In this document: one piece after another, positions 9,208 to 19,711 of the stretch
Layout of the letters: each line of letters begins with the position of its first letter
Numbering within the stretch: position 1 is the first letter of the stretch
From: an uncultured Gemmatimonadota bacterium
Lineage (GTDB): Bacteria; JAAXHH01
Direction: 5' to 3'
Assembly (NCBI GenBank): GCA_951812955.1
Contig: OX638340.1
Span: 1,440,001-1,504,000 of the forward strand
Length of the DNA: 64,000 nt
Notes under the pieces: model-generated
Told to the model about the DNA's origin: nothing
The model's input: the letters and a program-made list of their open reading frames with translations, nothing else
Database searches by the model: none
Made by a program: the position numbers and the translations under genes

Positions 9208-10515
9208 TCAGACGGGTTCCTGGTTATCCGGGTCATCGAACAGTCCGAAAGTTGCGGGGGCTTCCTTGCGCCGATTCCCGCGGGCCGCCGCTGCTTGTTC
9301 CGCCCCGCCGCGAAGGTGCTCGACGCGGCAGAATGCCTCGCCCTTGCGCAGCCGCACTTTCACCCGGTCGTCGACGTTGAGTTCATCCGCGCCGCGGACG
9401 ATGCGACCGTCGGACGCTCGCTGGCAGACCGCGTATCCGCGTTCCAGCACCGAGAGGGGACTGAGGGCCTGCAGCCGGCCGGCCAGTCCGCCGACCCGCT
9501 GGACGCGGGTTTCGTGGACGTGGAAGCACCGTTCGGCCAGGCGGCGGGTCAATTCATCGGTGTACTGGGCGTACTGACCGACCTGGTCGACGGGCCGCCT
9601 GAGTCCGTAACTGGAGACTGCCGTGGCGATGCGCTGGCGATACCGGTCGATGTACCCCGTCATGCCCCCGCAGAGACGCCGTAATACGGCATCCGACCGG
9701 TCCTTCAGTTCCCGCATGTCGCGAACGACGATTTCGGCCGCGCCCGAAGGGGTGGGGGCCCGGTGGTCGGCCGCGAAGTCGGCCAGGGTATAGTCCGTTT
9801 CGTGTCCAACCGCGGAAACCACAGGGATTCGGGACCCGAAGACCGCGCGGACCACCGCCTCTTCATTGAATGCCCACAGGTCCTCCACCGACCCGCCTCC
9901 GCGGCCGACGATCAACACGTCCACTTCGCCGTAGTCGTTCATCTCTTCGATGGCGGCCGCGATTTCCGCCGCGGCGCCGTCACCCTGTACGGGCGTCGGA
10001 CGGAGGATGATCGAAACCCACGGCGCGCGTCGGCGCAGGACCTGTATGATGTCCCGGATCGCGGCGCCGGATCCGGAAGTGACTACACCCACGCGCTCCG
10101 GGAAGGACGGCAGCGCTTTTTTGTGTTCCTCCCGGAAAAGGCCCTCTTGCTCGAGCCGGGCCTTTAATCGTTCGAAGGCCGCCTGCAGCGCGCCCGCGCC
10201 GACGGGCTTCAGTTCCCGGGCAATCAGTTGGTATTGCCCCTGCACCTCGTAGACCGAGAGGACGCCCCGGGCCAGGACCTCCATGCCGTCTTCGGGCTCG
10301 AAGGTCAGCCTGCGGTTGGCCGTCCGCCACATGACGCAACGCAACTGGCTGCGTTCGTCCTTCAGCGAGAAGTAGGCATGGCCGGACGAGTGCCGCTTGT
10401 AGTTGGAGATTTCACCGGACACCGACACCAGGGGGAACGCCTCTTCGAGCAGCGTCTTGATCCCGGAGGTCAGTTCGGAAACGGTAAGGATACTGCGATC
10501 GCCGTCAGTCCCCAA
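9208..10515 (-). CDS. xseA: Exodeoxyribonuclease VII large subunit
   Basis: OB-fold N-terminus LTVSELTSGIKTLLE plus catalytic core; TTG start with GGGAGG SD. Confidence 0.9.
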   Translation of the reverse strand: MGTDGDRSILTVSELTSGIKTLLEEAFPLVSVSGEISNYKRHSSGHAYFSLKDERSQLRCVMWRTANRRLTFEPEDGMEVLARGVLSVYEVQGQYQLIARELKPVGAGALQAAFERLKARLEQEGLFREEHKKALPSFPERVGVVTSGSGAAIRDIIQVLRRRAPWVSIILRPTPVQGDGAAAEIAAAIEEMNDYGEVDVLIVGRGGGSVEDLWAFNEEAVVRAVFGSRIPVVSAVGHETDYTLADFAADHRAPTPSGAAEIVVRDMRELKDRSDAVLRRLCGGMTGYIDRYRQRIATAVSSYGLRRPVDQVGQYAQYTDELTRRLAERCFHVHETRVQRVGGLAGRLQALSPLSVLERGYAVCQRASDGRIVRGADELNVDDRVKVRLRKGEAFCRVEHLRGGAEQAAAARGNRRKEAPATFGLFDDPDNQEPV

Positions 10516-10552
10516 GCCTGGCCTCCCTCTCCTGCCTGTATCGGTGACTCCG

Positions 10553-12109
10553 CTACCGTGCGAATTCGACCGCGCGGGTCTGACGGATGACCGTCACCTT
10601 GATCTGGCCGGGATATTCCATCCTGACCTGGATTTTCCGGGCGATTTCCGTGGCAAGCTGAACCGCACGGAGGTCGTCGACTTCTTCGTGATCGATCATG
10701 ACCCTGACTTCTTTTCCCGCCTTCATGACAAATGCACTGGATACGCCTTCGAAGGAATTCACCAGCCGTTCCATCTCCCGGAGCCGCCGTACGTATTTCT
10801 GCAGCGGTTCCCGCAGCGCGCCGGGTCTTGAAACGGAGAGGGCGTCGGCGGTTCTGACCACCACGGCCATGGGGCTGGCCTCATCCAGGTTCTCGTGGGT
10901 CACGGAGATGCATCCCAGCACTTCGGGCGTTTCGCCGTACTTCTCGGCAACCGATCTACCCAGTTCTCCATGCGCACCTTCCGGACCGCCGTCCACAGCC
11001 TTGCCGATGTCGTGCAGCAGTCCGCAGCGCCGGGCCAGGGTCACGTCCAGGTCCAGCTCCTGCGCCATGAGGCCTGCCAGTTCGGCCACCTCGCGGCTGT
11101 GATGCAGCGCGTTCTGTCCTCCGGTCATGCGGTATTTCAATTGCCCGAGCAGCATGGCCAACTCGGGACGGACACCGGTAACGCCCAGGTCGAAGAGCAC
11201 CTGCTCACCCGTATCCTGGATCAGATCGTTGATCTCCTCCTGGGTCTTCGAAACAACCTGCTCGATGAATCCGGGATGGATTCTTCCATCCTCGATCAGC
11301 TTCTCCATGGACAGCTTTGCGATTTCGCGTCGTATGGGATTGAACCCGGAGAGGACGACGGCATTGGGGGTGTCATCGACGATGACATCGATCCCCGTCG
11401 ACATTTCGAAAGCCTGGATATTGCGTCCGTCGCGCCCGATGATCCGTCCCTTCATTTCATTATCGGGCAGGGATATGACCGACGTCGTCGTTTCCGTCAC
11501 GTGATCCAGCGTGTACTTCTGCATCGCGTGCGTAATGATTTCCCGGGCTTCGATCTCCGCGTTCTGGCGGGCTTCTTCGATGATGCTGCGGGCCTGCTGG
11601 CCGGCTTCGGCGCGTATCCGGGCCTGGATATTGCCGAGTAGCGCCTGCCTCGCTTCTTCAGTCGTCATGCCGGCGGACTGCTCAAGCTGTTCAGTCTGCC
11701 GCTTGATCAGCTGTTCCAGCCGCTCTTCCTCTTCCGAAAGCTTCTCCTCCCGCTCCTGCATCGACTGGAGTTGTTTCTGTATGCCCTGTTCCCGCTTGGC
11801 CACGTAATCGGCCTTGCGTTCTATGTTCTGTTCCCGGATCGCGATCCGTTTTTCGGCCCGTTGGAATTCCTGGCGGGTTGTGTTACTCTCCCGTTCGAAT
11901 TTCGCCTTGGCCTGATACGATTCCTCCTCCATTTCGATCCGGGCCGTGTTTTTTATCGTTTCAGCTTCTTCCACCGCCTCTGCGAGAATGCTCTCTGCCA
12001 AGCGCTCCATACTGTCCGTCTTGCGTTTTTCGACACGCTTTCGAATGTACCATCCGAAGAGAAACATGATCAGGGCGGTGCCGGCGTAGAGACTGATCGT
12101 CACAAGCAT
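10553..12109 (-). CDS. rny: Ribonuclease Y
   Basis: N-terminal TM helix, coiled coil, KH domain and HD domain (HDIGK); ATG 12109 with AGGTGG SD preferred over TTG 12130. Confidence 0.9.
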   Translation of the reverse strand: MLVTISLYAGTALIMFLFGWYIRKRVEKRKTDSMERLAESILAEAVEEAETIKNTARIEMEEESYQAKAKFERESNTTRQEFQRAEKRIAIREQNIERKADYVAKREQGIQKQLQSMQEREEKLSEEEERLEQLIKRQTEQLEQSAGMTTEEARQALLGNIQARIRAEAGQQARSIIEEARQNAEIEAREIITHAMQKYTLDHVTETTTSVISLPDNEMKGRIIGRDGRNIQAFEMSTGIDVIVDDTPNAVVLSGFNPIRREIAKLSMEKLIEDGRIHPGFIEQVVSKTQEEINDLIQDTGEQVLFDLGVTGVRPELAMLLGQLKYRMTGGQNALHHSREVAELAGLMAQELDLDVTLARRCGLLHDIGKAVDGGPEGAHGELGRSVAEKYGETPEVLGCISVTHENLDEASPMAVVVRTADALSVSRPGALREPLQKYVRRLREMERLVNSFEGVSSAFVMKAGKEVRVMIDHEEVDDLRAVQLATEIARKIQVRMEYPGQIKVTVIRQTRAVEFAR

Positions 12110-12162
12110 AGTGGCAGCCACCTTCTTCAAATATTGTATTTAATCCGGACATGGTTCGTTCC

Positions 12163-12513
12163 TCAACAAGATCGGTCGTGGTTTTCCTGCCCGTCGTCCT
12201 GTTCAGGAATCAGGGTCTCCAGCAATTCATCCATGCGCCGGATCAGTTCCGTGATCCGTTCGTTCTGCATGGATTCCGATACGACCTGTTTCGTCTGTTT
12301 CTCACGTTCCTTGTGCAACTCGTCGGCAATCCTGATCGCCGTGAGGACCGCCACGCTGGTGAGGGACTGCATGGTCACGCTGACGGGTACCTCGCGCATA
12401 CGTTCGTCGACATAGGCGGCGATCCGCTGGATGTACTCGGGTTCCTCCTCCGCCTGTATCGGATATTCGGTTCCGCAGATGTTGACTCGAACCGTGGCTT
12501 TTGCGTCATCCAT
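12163..12513 (-). CDS. zapA: Cell division protein ZapA
   Basis: About 116 aa; VRVNICGTEYPIQAEEEPEYIQRIAAYVDERM is ZapA-like; conserved position between pheT and rny. Confidence 0.8.
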   Translation of the reverse strand: MDDAKATVRVNICGTEYPIQAEEEPEYIQRIAAYVDERMREVPVSVTMQSLTSVAVLTAIRIADELHKEREKQTKQVVSESMQNERITELIRRMDELLETLIPEQDDGQENHDRSC

Positions 12514-12600
12514 AGTGGGTTAATCCCAGTGAGCAACCGGCGCCTGACCGCACGCGGTACGAACGCGAATTCCGAGTCCAGTTTCTCCATGGAACTGATC

Positions 12601-12864
12601 TTATTCGATGACGTCGAGACGCGACAGCATGGTGTCTATGCGCGCCTTGATGTCGTCCTGTTTGACGCGCAGCGTCTGGTTTTCCTTTTCCAGTTCATCC
12701 TTCGAGGTAACCGACTGCTCCTGTGCACGCTGCAGTTCCTGAACCTGCGACTCCAGGTTCTGATTCTGGCCGCGGAGCTCTGCGTTTTCGTCCTTCAGCC
12801 GCTGAATCAGGTCGATCATGGTTTCAATCCGGTCCAGCAACAGCTCTATGGATTGTTCTTGCAT
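12601..12864 (-). CDS. Coiled-coil ZapB-like / DUF904 protein
   Basis: 87-aa all-heptad coiled coil; GGAGGG SD 5 nt before ATG. Confidence 0.5.
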   Translation of the reverse strand: MQEQSIELLLDRIETMIDLIQRLKDENAELRGQNQNLESQVQELQRAQEQSVTSKDELEKENQTLRVKQDDIKARIDTMLSRLDVIE

Positions 12865-12906
12865 GAATCCCTCCGATAACGTGATATCCCGCGCGCCTCG
12901 ACGGCG

Positions 12907-15327
12907 CTAGGAGCGAAGTTCCGCACGGTACCGGCCCACCAGCCGGCGCAGCACCTTGTCCTGCAGTTTCGTAACTTCGGCATCCGTCAGCGTCCGCTCG
13001 CCCGACCGGAAACGCATTGCGTAGGCCATGCTCTTACAATGGGCCGCAATCTGCTCTCCACGATACACGTCGAACAGTTCTACAGCTTCCAGGAGGTCGC
13101 CGCTACACGCGCGGATTTCTTCCAGTATGTCCCTATGAGAAACCTCTTCGGGCACGACAATAGCCAAGTCTCTTTCGACCGCAGGGTACTTGGCGGGCGC
13201 ATGATAGTTCCTTCGTTCAGACGCCTTGCCAAAGAGTACGCCGCAGTCGATCACCCCCATCCACACGGGCTCTCGTATTTCGTACCGGTCGAGAACCTGG
13301 TACGAAACCGCGCCGAATCGACCGGTCCGCACCCCGTCTGCACGCAGTTCGCCAGTCCGGTCCGCGTCGAACAGAGGGTCGTCATTATCATACGGGACGG
13401 TCTCGACCCTGTCAAGCCCTAACCGTCCGTGCAAAGCTTCCGCCAGCCCCTTCAAATCGAAGAAGTCGAAGGCCTGCGGCGGTCCGTCCCAGTGCGGGTC
13501 GTGACGCTGTCCCGTAACGGCGAAACAAAGTTGTTCGGGTTCGTCGGGAAGACCGCCGTTTTTCGGCCAGTACACCCGGCCTGCCTCGAATATCCGGATG
13601 TCCCGTACTTTGCGATTGGCATTCCAACGCACGACGTTCAACACGACGGCCGCGAGACTCGTGCGCATGGCGGAGAGTTCGGGACTCAGGGGGTTGTCGA
13701 TCATCACGCTGGGACGGGAAGGGTCTATGAGCCGGTTCAGGTCCGGATGCAGGAGACTGTGGGTGATCACTTCCGTGAAGCCGAACCCGGTCATCGTATC
13801 GCGCAGTCGCCGCCGGACGTCCTGGCGGCCGCGGAGGTCCTTCTCTCTTTCCCGGGCTTCCACCGACTCTTCGCGGGGTGGCGCGGAAGCGGCCGGTTCG
13901 ATCCGGTCGTAGCCGTAAAGCCGGGCGACCTCCTCGATCAGATCCACCTCGCGGTGGACATCCCTCCTGAACGACGGCACGCTGACCTCGAGGTCGGTTC
14001 CGGCTGGCCGTACGCCGAATCGGAGCCTGCGCAGGAAGGTGGCGATCTCGTCCAGGTCCAGGCCGGTTCCCAGCAAGCCGTTCACGCGGTCCGGCCGTAA
14101 CCGGATCTCCGGTCCGGGCCCGGCCGGGGTCCGCACGTCGATCATGCCTTCAGCCACCACACCCCCGGCCACCTCGGCAATCATGCCCGCGGCCCTGCCG
14201 ACGGCCTCTCCCTGCAGTTCCGGGTCCATGCCGCGCTCGAACCGCCGGGATGCGTCAGTCTGCAGCTGCAGCGCCTTCGATCCCCGGCGCACCCGGACCG
14301 CGTCGAAGCAGGCGCCTTCCAGAAATACCCGTTCGGTATCTTCGGTTATCTCGGTATTCAGCCCGCCCATGACGCCGCCGACCCCGATGCTCCGCTCATG
14401 GTCGGCGATCATTAACACGTCGGGACCAAGGGTCCGTTCAACGCCGTCAAGGGTGGTGAAGGCCTCCTCCGCCCGCGCGCGGCGGACGACGATACCCTGT
14501 CCGGCCAGCCGATCCAGGTCGTAGGCGTGCAGCGGTTGTCCCAATTCGAGCATGACGTAGTTCGTCACGTCGACTACGTTGCTGATGGACCGGATGCCGG
14601 CGGCTTCAATCCGCCTCTTCAACCAGTCCGGCGAAGGTCCGATCCGGACGCCGGTGATCACGCGGCCCACGAACCTGGGACAGTCGTCCGGCGCGTCGAC
14701 ACGGACGCCGGCGAGCGATTCGACGGGTGGGCCGGAATCCGCGGCGGCGCCCGAAGGAATGCGCGTTTCGCCGCCCGACAGGGCCGTAATCTCCCTGGCC
14801 AGGCCGACCAGGGACAGGCAGTCGGGCCGGTTGGTGCCCACGTCGATGCTCAGCACCGTTTCCGGTCCGCCCAGGACGTCCTTCAGAGGCCGCCCCGGTT
14901 CGGTCGCACCGTCGAGCACCATGATACCGTCGTGGTCGTCGGAGAGGTTCAGTTCGGCCTCGGAGCAGATCATCCCGAAGGACTCCACCCCACGGATCCT
15001 GGCCCTCCTGATCGCCATCCCGTCCGGCAGTGCCGCGCCGACCCGGGCAACCGGCACCATCTGGCCGGCGGCCACGTTCGGCGCCCCGCAGATGATCTGC
15101 AGGGACTCGCCGCCCACGTCCACGGTACATAGGGAGAGCCGGTCGGCGTTGGGATGGCGCTCCAGGCGCTCCACGCGGCCGGCGACAAACCCTTCGAAGT
15201 CGCTTCCGACCGTCTCTACGGCATCGACCTCCAGACCCGTCATGACCAGGCGTTCCACCAGTTCTTCGACGGACCACGGGATGTCGCAGTAAGCGCGCAG
15301 CCAAGAAAGAGGCACTTTAATCACCAT
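12907..15327 (-). CDS. pheT: Phenylalanine--tRNA ligase beta subunit
   Basis: 806 aa with tRNA-binding, B3/B4, B5 and FDX-ACB domains. Confidence 0.95.
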   Translation of the reverse strand: MVIKVPLSWLRAYCDIPWSVEELVERLVMTGLEVDAVETVGSDFEGFVAGRVERLERHPNADRLSLCTVDVGGESLQIICGAPNVAAGQMVPVARVGAALPDGMAIRRARIRGVESFGMICSEAELNLSDDHDGIMVLDGATEPGRPLKDVLGGPETVLSIDVGTNRPDCLSLVGLAREITALSGGETRIPSGAAADSGPPVESLAGVRVDAPDDCPRFVGRVITGVRIGPSPDWLKRRIEAAGIRSISNVVDVTNYVMLELGQPLHAYDLDRLAGQGIVVRRARAEEAFTTLDGVERTLGPDVLMIADHERSIGVGGVMGGLNTEITEDTERVFLEGACFDAVRVRRGSKALQLQTDASRRFERGMDPELQGEAVGRAAGMIAEVAGGVVAEGMIDVRTPAGPGPEIRLRPDRVNGLLGTGLDLDEIATFLRRLRFGVRPAGTDLEVSVPSFRRDVHREVDLIEEVARLYGYDRIEPAASAPPREESVEAREREKDLRGRQDVRRRLRDTMTGFGFTEVITHSLLHPDLNRLIDPSRPSVMIDNPLSPELSAMRTSLAAVVLNVVRWNANRKVRDIRIFEAGRVYWPKNGGLPDEPEQLCFAVTGQRHDPHWDGPPQAFDFFDLKGLAEALHGRLGLDRVETVPYDNDDPLFDADRTGELRADGVRTGRFGAVSYQVLDRYEIREPVWMGVIDCGVLFGKASERRNYHAPAKYPAVERDLAIVVPEEVSHRDILEEIRACSGDLLEAVELFDVYRGEQIAAHCKSMAYAMRFRSGERTLTDAEVTKLQDKVLRRLVGRYRAELRS

Positions 15328-15359
15328 GGACGTTCGGCTCCTTCCCGAATGAACCGCCC

Positions 15360-16380
15360 TTAAGGCCGTTCGAGCAGACGCAGGTCGTTCTCCAGGAACA
15401 TGTGGATGCTTTCGATCCCGTACTTGAACATGGCGAGACGGTCAAGTCCCATGCCAAACGCGTAGCCGGTGTACAATTCCGGATCGTAGTCGACGAATCC
15501 GAACACGGCCGGGTCGACCATGCCGGCGCCGGAGATCTCCAGCCACCCCGTGTTCTTGCAGATCCTGCAGCCACCGCCGCCGCACGCGACGCAGGAGAAG
15601 TCATACTGCACGCTGGGTTCGGTGAAGGGGAAAAAATCGGGGAGGAAACGCACTTTGACCTTCCCGCCGAAAAGGCGCTGGGCGAAATAGGTCATGTCGC
15701 CCTTGAGCTGGGCCATCGTGACCCCCTTGTCCACGTACAGGCCCTCGCACTGATGGAAAGTGAAGGCGTGGGTGGCGTCGGGGTTCTCGTTACGGTAGGT
15801 GCGTCCCGGCACGATTACCCGCACCGGGGGCTGCTGCTGTTCCATGACCCGGACCTGCACCGGCGAGGTATGGGTCCGGAGCACGATGTCGCTGCCCAGG
15901 TAGAAGGTATCCTGCATATCGCGGGCCGGGTGATCCCGCGGGATGTTCAGCGCTTCGAAGTTGTAGTAGTCCCACTCCACCTCGGGGCCATCCACCACCG
16001 AGAAGCCCATGTCGCGGAAGATCTCGGACACTTCCTCCCGGATCAGGGTCAGTGGGTGCTTGCTGCCCAGGGGCGGGCGCCGTCCCGGCAGGGTGACGTC
16101 CAGCGGGCCGGACGCGGATTCCCGTCCCGTTTCGCACGCCGCCCGGCGCGCCTCCAGCGCTTCGCCGATGGCTTGCTTGGCCTGGTTTACCCGCTGGCCG
16201 ATTCGGGGTCTGTCTTCAGGGGCCGCCTTGCCCACGGACCGCAGGATGCGGGTCAGGTCGCCGTTTTTCCCCATGTACCTGATACGGATGTCTTCCAGGT
16301 CCGACGGGTCGTCGGCGCGTCCGATTTCTTCCAGCGCCCGTGTTTCTATGGCTTCTGCTTCCTGTAGCATGGATGGTCCG
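15360..16380 (-). CDS. pheS: Phenylalanine--tRNA ligase alpha subunit
   Basis: Class II aaRS motifs (FRPSYFPFTEP, GAGMVDP); start moved to ATG 16380 (MLQEAEA...), giving a 340-aa product. Confidence 0.93.
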
Positions 16381-16517
16381 GTACGGTCCTTCATCGGAAA
16401 GGAAGACGCGGCGGCAAGCCTGGACGCACCACACCCGGCGGCGAACATTCCCGATCTCCGTCGCCCGGGATCTTCAGACGGGACGGCAGGCCGTTCCGCG
16501 GTCTTCCGTGGTAATCG

Positions 16518-16874
16518 TCAGGAATTCTGCGCTTTGGCCGCGTCCGCTACCACGGTAAAGGCGGGGGGATCGTTGACGGCGAGTTCGGCAAGGAGTTTCC
16601 GGTCGATTTCGATCTGGGCCAGCTTCAAACCGTGTATGAGTTGGCCGTACGTAAGGCCGTTGAGCCTTGCCGCCGCGTTGATCCTGGTGATCCACAGCCG
16701 GCGGAAATCACGCTTGCGCCGGCGACGATCGCGGTACGCGTAGGCCAGGCCCCGGTTGACGGCTTCGCGGGCCGTCCTGTAAAGCCGGTTGCGCCGGCCC
16801 CAGTATCCCCTGGCCAGCTTGATGGTTTTCTTGCGCCGCCTGTGCGAGGCGGCGGCGTTGGTTGCACGTGGCAT
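16518..16874 (-). CDS. rplT: 50S ribosomal protein L20
   Basis: [38 protein letters not shown]. Confidence 0.95.
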   Translation of the reverse strand: MPRATNAAASHRRRKKTIKLARGYWGRRNRLYRTAREAVNRGLAYAYRDRRRRKRDFRRLWITRINAAARLNGLTYGQLIHGLKLAQIEIDRKLLAELAVNDPPAFTVVADAAKAQNS

Positions 16875-16910
16875 GGTTCGTTCCTTCTCTGGTTCGGCGT
16901 CCCTCGCCGG

Positions 16911-17105
16911 TTAGTTCGGCATCATCCGCTTGAGGCGCGGCGTGTCGGCCTTGCTGACCATGGCGGTGCCGCGAAGACCTCTCTTGCGCTTTCCGGATTT
17001 GGACAACTTCTGGTGGGTCGCGTGGGAATGGCTGCGTTTGAACTTGCCGGAGGCGACCCGCTTGAATCGTTTCGCCGCCGCTTTCAACGTCTTGATTTTC
17101 GGCAT
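16911..17105 (-). CDS. rpmI: 50S ribosomal protein L35
   Basis: [15 protein letters not shown]...; ATG 17105 with GGGAG SD. Confidence 0.93.
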   Translation of the reverse strand: MPKIKTLKAAAKRFKRVASGKFKRSHSHATHQKLSKSGKRKRGLRGTAMVSKADTPRLKRMMPN

Positions 17106-17121
17106 GATCAACTCCCGGAAT

Positions 17122-17634
17122 TTACCTGGGTATGAGGACCAGCGACATGCTGCGTCCTTCCAGTCTGGGCCGCTGTTCGATGGAGCTTACGTCCTCCAGC
17201 ATTTTCGCCATGTTCTCCAGCTTGCGCTGGCCCAATTCAATGTGGGTCATCTCACGGCCCCAGAACCGCACTGACACCTTGACCTTATTACCGTGCTGCA
17301 GAAATTCGCGGGCCTGGTTGGCCCGATACTCCAGGTCGTGTTCACTGATCTTGGGCGTTTTGAAGCGGATTTCCTTCAGCTGCGTCACGTGCTGTTTCTT
17401 GCGCGATTCCTTAACCCGCTTGCTCTGCTCGTACTTGTACTTGCCAAAGTCCATGATCTTGCAAACGGGCGGGCGGGCGTCGGGCGATACTTCCACGAGG
17501 TCGAGATCGGCGCCGGACGCAAGCTGTAGGGCCTCCCCGGTTTCCATGATGCCTACCTGCTCGCCCTCTGCGCTGATCACCCGCACCTGGGGCACGCGTA
17601 TCATTCCGTTGACTCTGACGGTTCTCTTTTGAAT
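17122..17634 (-). CDS. infC: Translation initiation factor IF-3 (AUU start codon)
   Basis: IF-3 N- and C-domains; in-frame ATT at 17634 with GGGAGGA SD 6 nt upstream; no ATG/GTG at the expected N-terminus. Confidence 0.88.
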   Translation of the reverse strand: MQKRTVRVNGMIRVPQVRVISAEGEQVGIMETGEALQLASGADLDLVEVSPDARPPVCKIMDFGKYKYEQSKRVKESRKKQHVTQLKEIRFKTPKISEHDLEYRANQAREFLQHGNKVKVSVRFWGREMTHIELGQRKLENMAKMLEDVSSIEQRPRLEGRSMSLVLIPR

Positions 17635-17665
17635 GGCTGTCCTCCCGGATCCTTGTGCTTTCGAT

Positions 17666-19591
17666 TCAGTTCGCCGCCCGGACGGTCCGGGCGATTTCAT
17701 CTTCCATCGCGTCGATGAGGGCGTCAACCGACATGTTCCCCTGGTCTCCCGAGCCATGGCGGCGTACGGATACGTCGCCTGCTTCCACCTCGCGAGCGCC
17801 GGCAATGGCCATGAAGGGGATCTTCTTCGTCTCCGCTTCGCGGATTTTGTACCCGACCTTCTGGTTTCTCACGTCCGTTTCGACCCGGAGCCCGGCGTCC
17901 TCGAGCCTGCTTGCCACCCGGCGGACGTACTCGGCCTGGTGTTCAGATATGGCAATTACGATCGCCTGGACCGGCGCCAGCCAGGTCGGGAACGCGCCGG
18001 CACAGTGCTCTATGTACACGCCGAGGAACCGTTCCAGGCTTCCGAGTATGGCGCGGTGGATCATGACGGGACGGGCGGGTTTGCCGGATTCGGTGACGTA
18101 TTCCAGTTCGAACAGTTCGGGCATGTTGAAATCCAGCTGGCAAGTGCCCAGTTGCCAGGGGCGCTGCAGGGCGTCTTTCACGAAGAAATCCACTTTCGGT
18201 CCGTAGAAAGCCGCCTCGCCCGGCGCCACCTCGTAGTCGACACCCAGGCTGTCCAGCACGCAGGCCAGGGTCTCCTCCGCCTGGTCCCACAATTCGTCGG
18301 AACCGGCGCGCTTTTCCGATCGGGTGGACAGGTAAATGCTGGTGTCCTCGAACCCAAGCGTGGTATAGGCCTCCCGCAACATCTTGATGAAATCGTCGAC
18401 TTCGTCCCGGATCTGATCGGGACGGCAGAAGATGTGGGCGTCGTCCTGCGAAAAGGAGCGCACCCGCATCAGGCCGGCCGTCACCCCGGATCGTTCGTGC
18501 CGGTGCAGCCGGGCGAAATCCGCGTATCGGATCGGCAGATCCCGGTAGGAATGGTGACCCGCCGCGTACATGAGGCAGTGGCTGGGACAGTTCATCGGTT
18601 TCGGCGCGTATTCCCGGTCGTCGGCATCGATGGTGAACATCTCGTCCCAGAAATGCTCATAATGCCCGGAGGTCTTCCACAGCCCTGCTTCGTAGATCAG
18701 CGGGGTGATGACTTCGTCGTAACCGTACCTTCTGTACAGATCGCGGACGTAATCAGTCAGGGAGTTATAGACCCGGGCGCCATTCGGGAAGAAGAATGGA
18801 GACGCCGGCGCGTGGGGATGAAACATGAACAACCCGAGCTGCCTGCCCAGTTTGCGGTGGTCCCGCCGCTCGGCCTCGGCGCGCCTTTCCAGGTACGCGT
18901 CCAGGTCTTTCCGCCGGGGATAGGAGACGCCGTATATCCGCTGGAGGCTCTGGTTGTTCTCGTCGCCGTGCCAGTACGCGGCCGCGACGTTGAGCAGCTT
19001 GAAAGCCTTGATCTTTCCGGTCGACGGGATGTGCGGACCCCGGCACAGGTCGATGAAATCCCCCTGCTCATAGATGCTGATCACATCGTCAGCGGCGAGG
19101 TCGTCGATCATCTCGACCTTGTAGGCCTCGCCCCGTTCGGTAAAAAGGGTTCGCGCATCCTCGCGGGAGAGTTCGCGCCGCCGGATGGGCATGTCCGCCC
19201 GGGACAGCTCGGTCATGCGGCCTTCGATTCGCTCGAGATCCTCGGCCGTGAACGGTTCCGGCGTGTCGAAGTCGTAATAGAAGCCCTCCTCGATCGGCGG
19301 ACCGATAGTCAACCGCGCTTCGGGGAACAGTTGCTTCGTAGCCTGGGCCATCAGGTGCGTGGTACTGTGCCAGTACACCTCCCGGCCCTCGGGATTGCTG
19401 AAGGTCAGCACCTCCAGGGAAACGTCTCTTTCCAGCCGGTGATCCAGGTCGACCTGGGCGCCGTCGATCTTGGCCGCGAGCGCAGCCTTACCCAGACCGG
19501 GACCGATGCGCTCCACCGCGTCCATGACCGTCGAACCCGGATCCAATTCGATGTGACCGCCGTCGGGAAGAGTGATCGTGACGCTTTTCAA
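17666..19591 (-). CDS. thrS: Threonine--tRNA ligase
   Basis: TGS domain (VTITLPDG), editing domain, class II core; TTG 19591 with AGGAG SD preferred over GTG 19621. Confidence 0.93.
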   Translation of the reverse strand: MKSVTITLPDGGHIELDPGSTVMDAVERIGPGLGKAALAAKIDGAQVDLDHRLERDVSLEVLTFSNPEGREVYWHSTTHLMAQATKQLFPEARLTIGPPIEEGFYYDFDTPEPFTAEDLERIEGRMTELSRADMPIRRRELSREDARTLFTERGEAYKVEMIDDLAADDVISIYEQGDFIDLCRGPHIPSTGKIKAFKLLNVAAAYWHGDENNQSLQRIYGVSYPRRKDLDAYLERRAEAERRDHRKLGRQLGLFMFHPHAPASPFFFPNGARVYNSLTDYVRDLYRRYGYDEVITPLIYEAGLWKTSGHYEHFWDEMFTIDADDREYAPKPMNCPSHCLMYAAGHHSYRDLPIRYADFARLHRHERSGVTAGLMRVRSFSQDDAHIFCRPDQIRDEVDDFIKMLREAYTTLGFEDTSIYLSTRSEKRAGSDELWDQAEETLACVLDSLGVDYEVAPGEAAFYGPKVDFFVKDALQRPWQLGTCQLDFNMPELFELEYVTESGKPARPVMIHRAILGSLERFLGVYIEHCAGAFPTWLAPVQAIVIAISEHQAEYVRRVASRLEDAGLRVETDVRNQKVGYKIREAETKKIPFMAIAGAREVEAGDVSVRRHGSGDQGNMSVDALIDAMEDEIARTVRAAN

Positions 19592-19656
19592 TGACTGACT
19601 CCTGGGCAGTTCCCCCTGCACCGCATGGGCTTTCTACATACCGGAACAAACAGATA

Positions 19657-19685
19657 AAAATAACGTGCGCACCGGGTATTGTCAA
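19657..19685 (-). promoter_or_regulatory. Candidate sigma70 promoter of the thrS-infC-rpmI-rplT-pheST operon
   Basis: Minus strand reads TTGACA-17 nt-TATTTT with an upstream A/T tract. Confidence 0.4.
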
Positions 19686-19711
19686 TAAAATTACCGCTTT
19701 ACGGAAACCCC

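Noticed and set aside
16449-16517. Attenuator-like hairpin between rplT and pheS
   Set aside because: Imperfect stem (GCCGTCCCG / CGGGCGACGG) and no U-tract. Too short for a T-box or a pheM-type leader.
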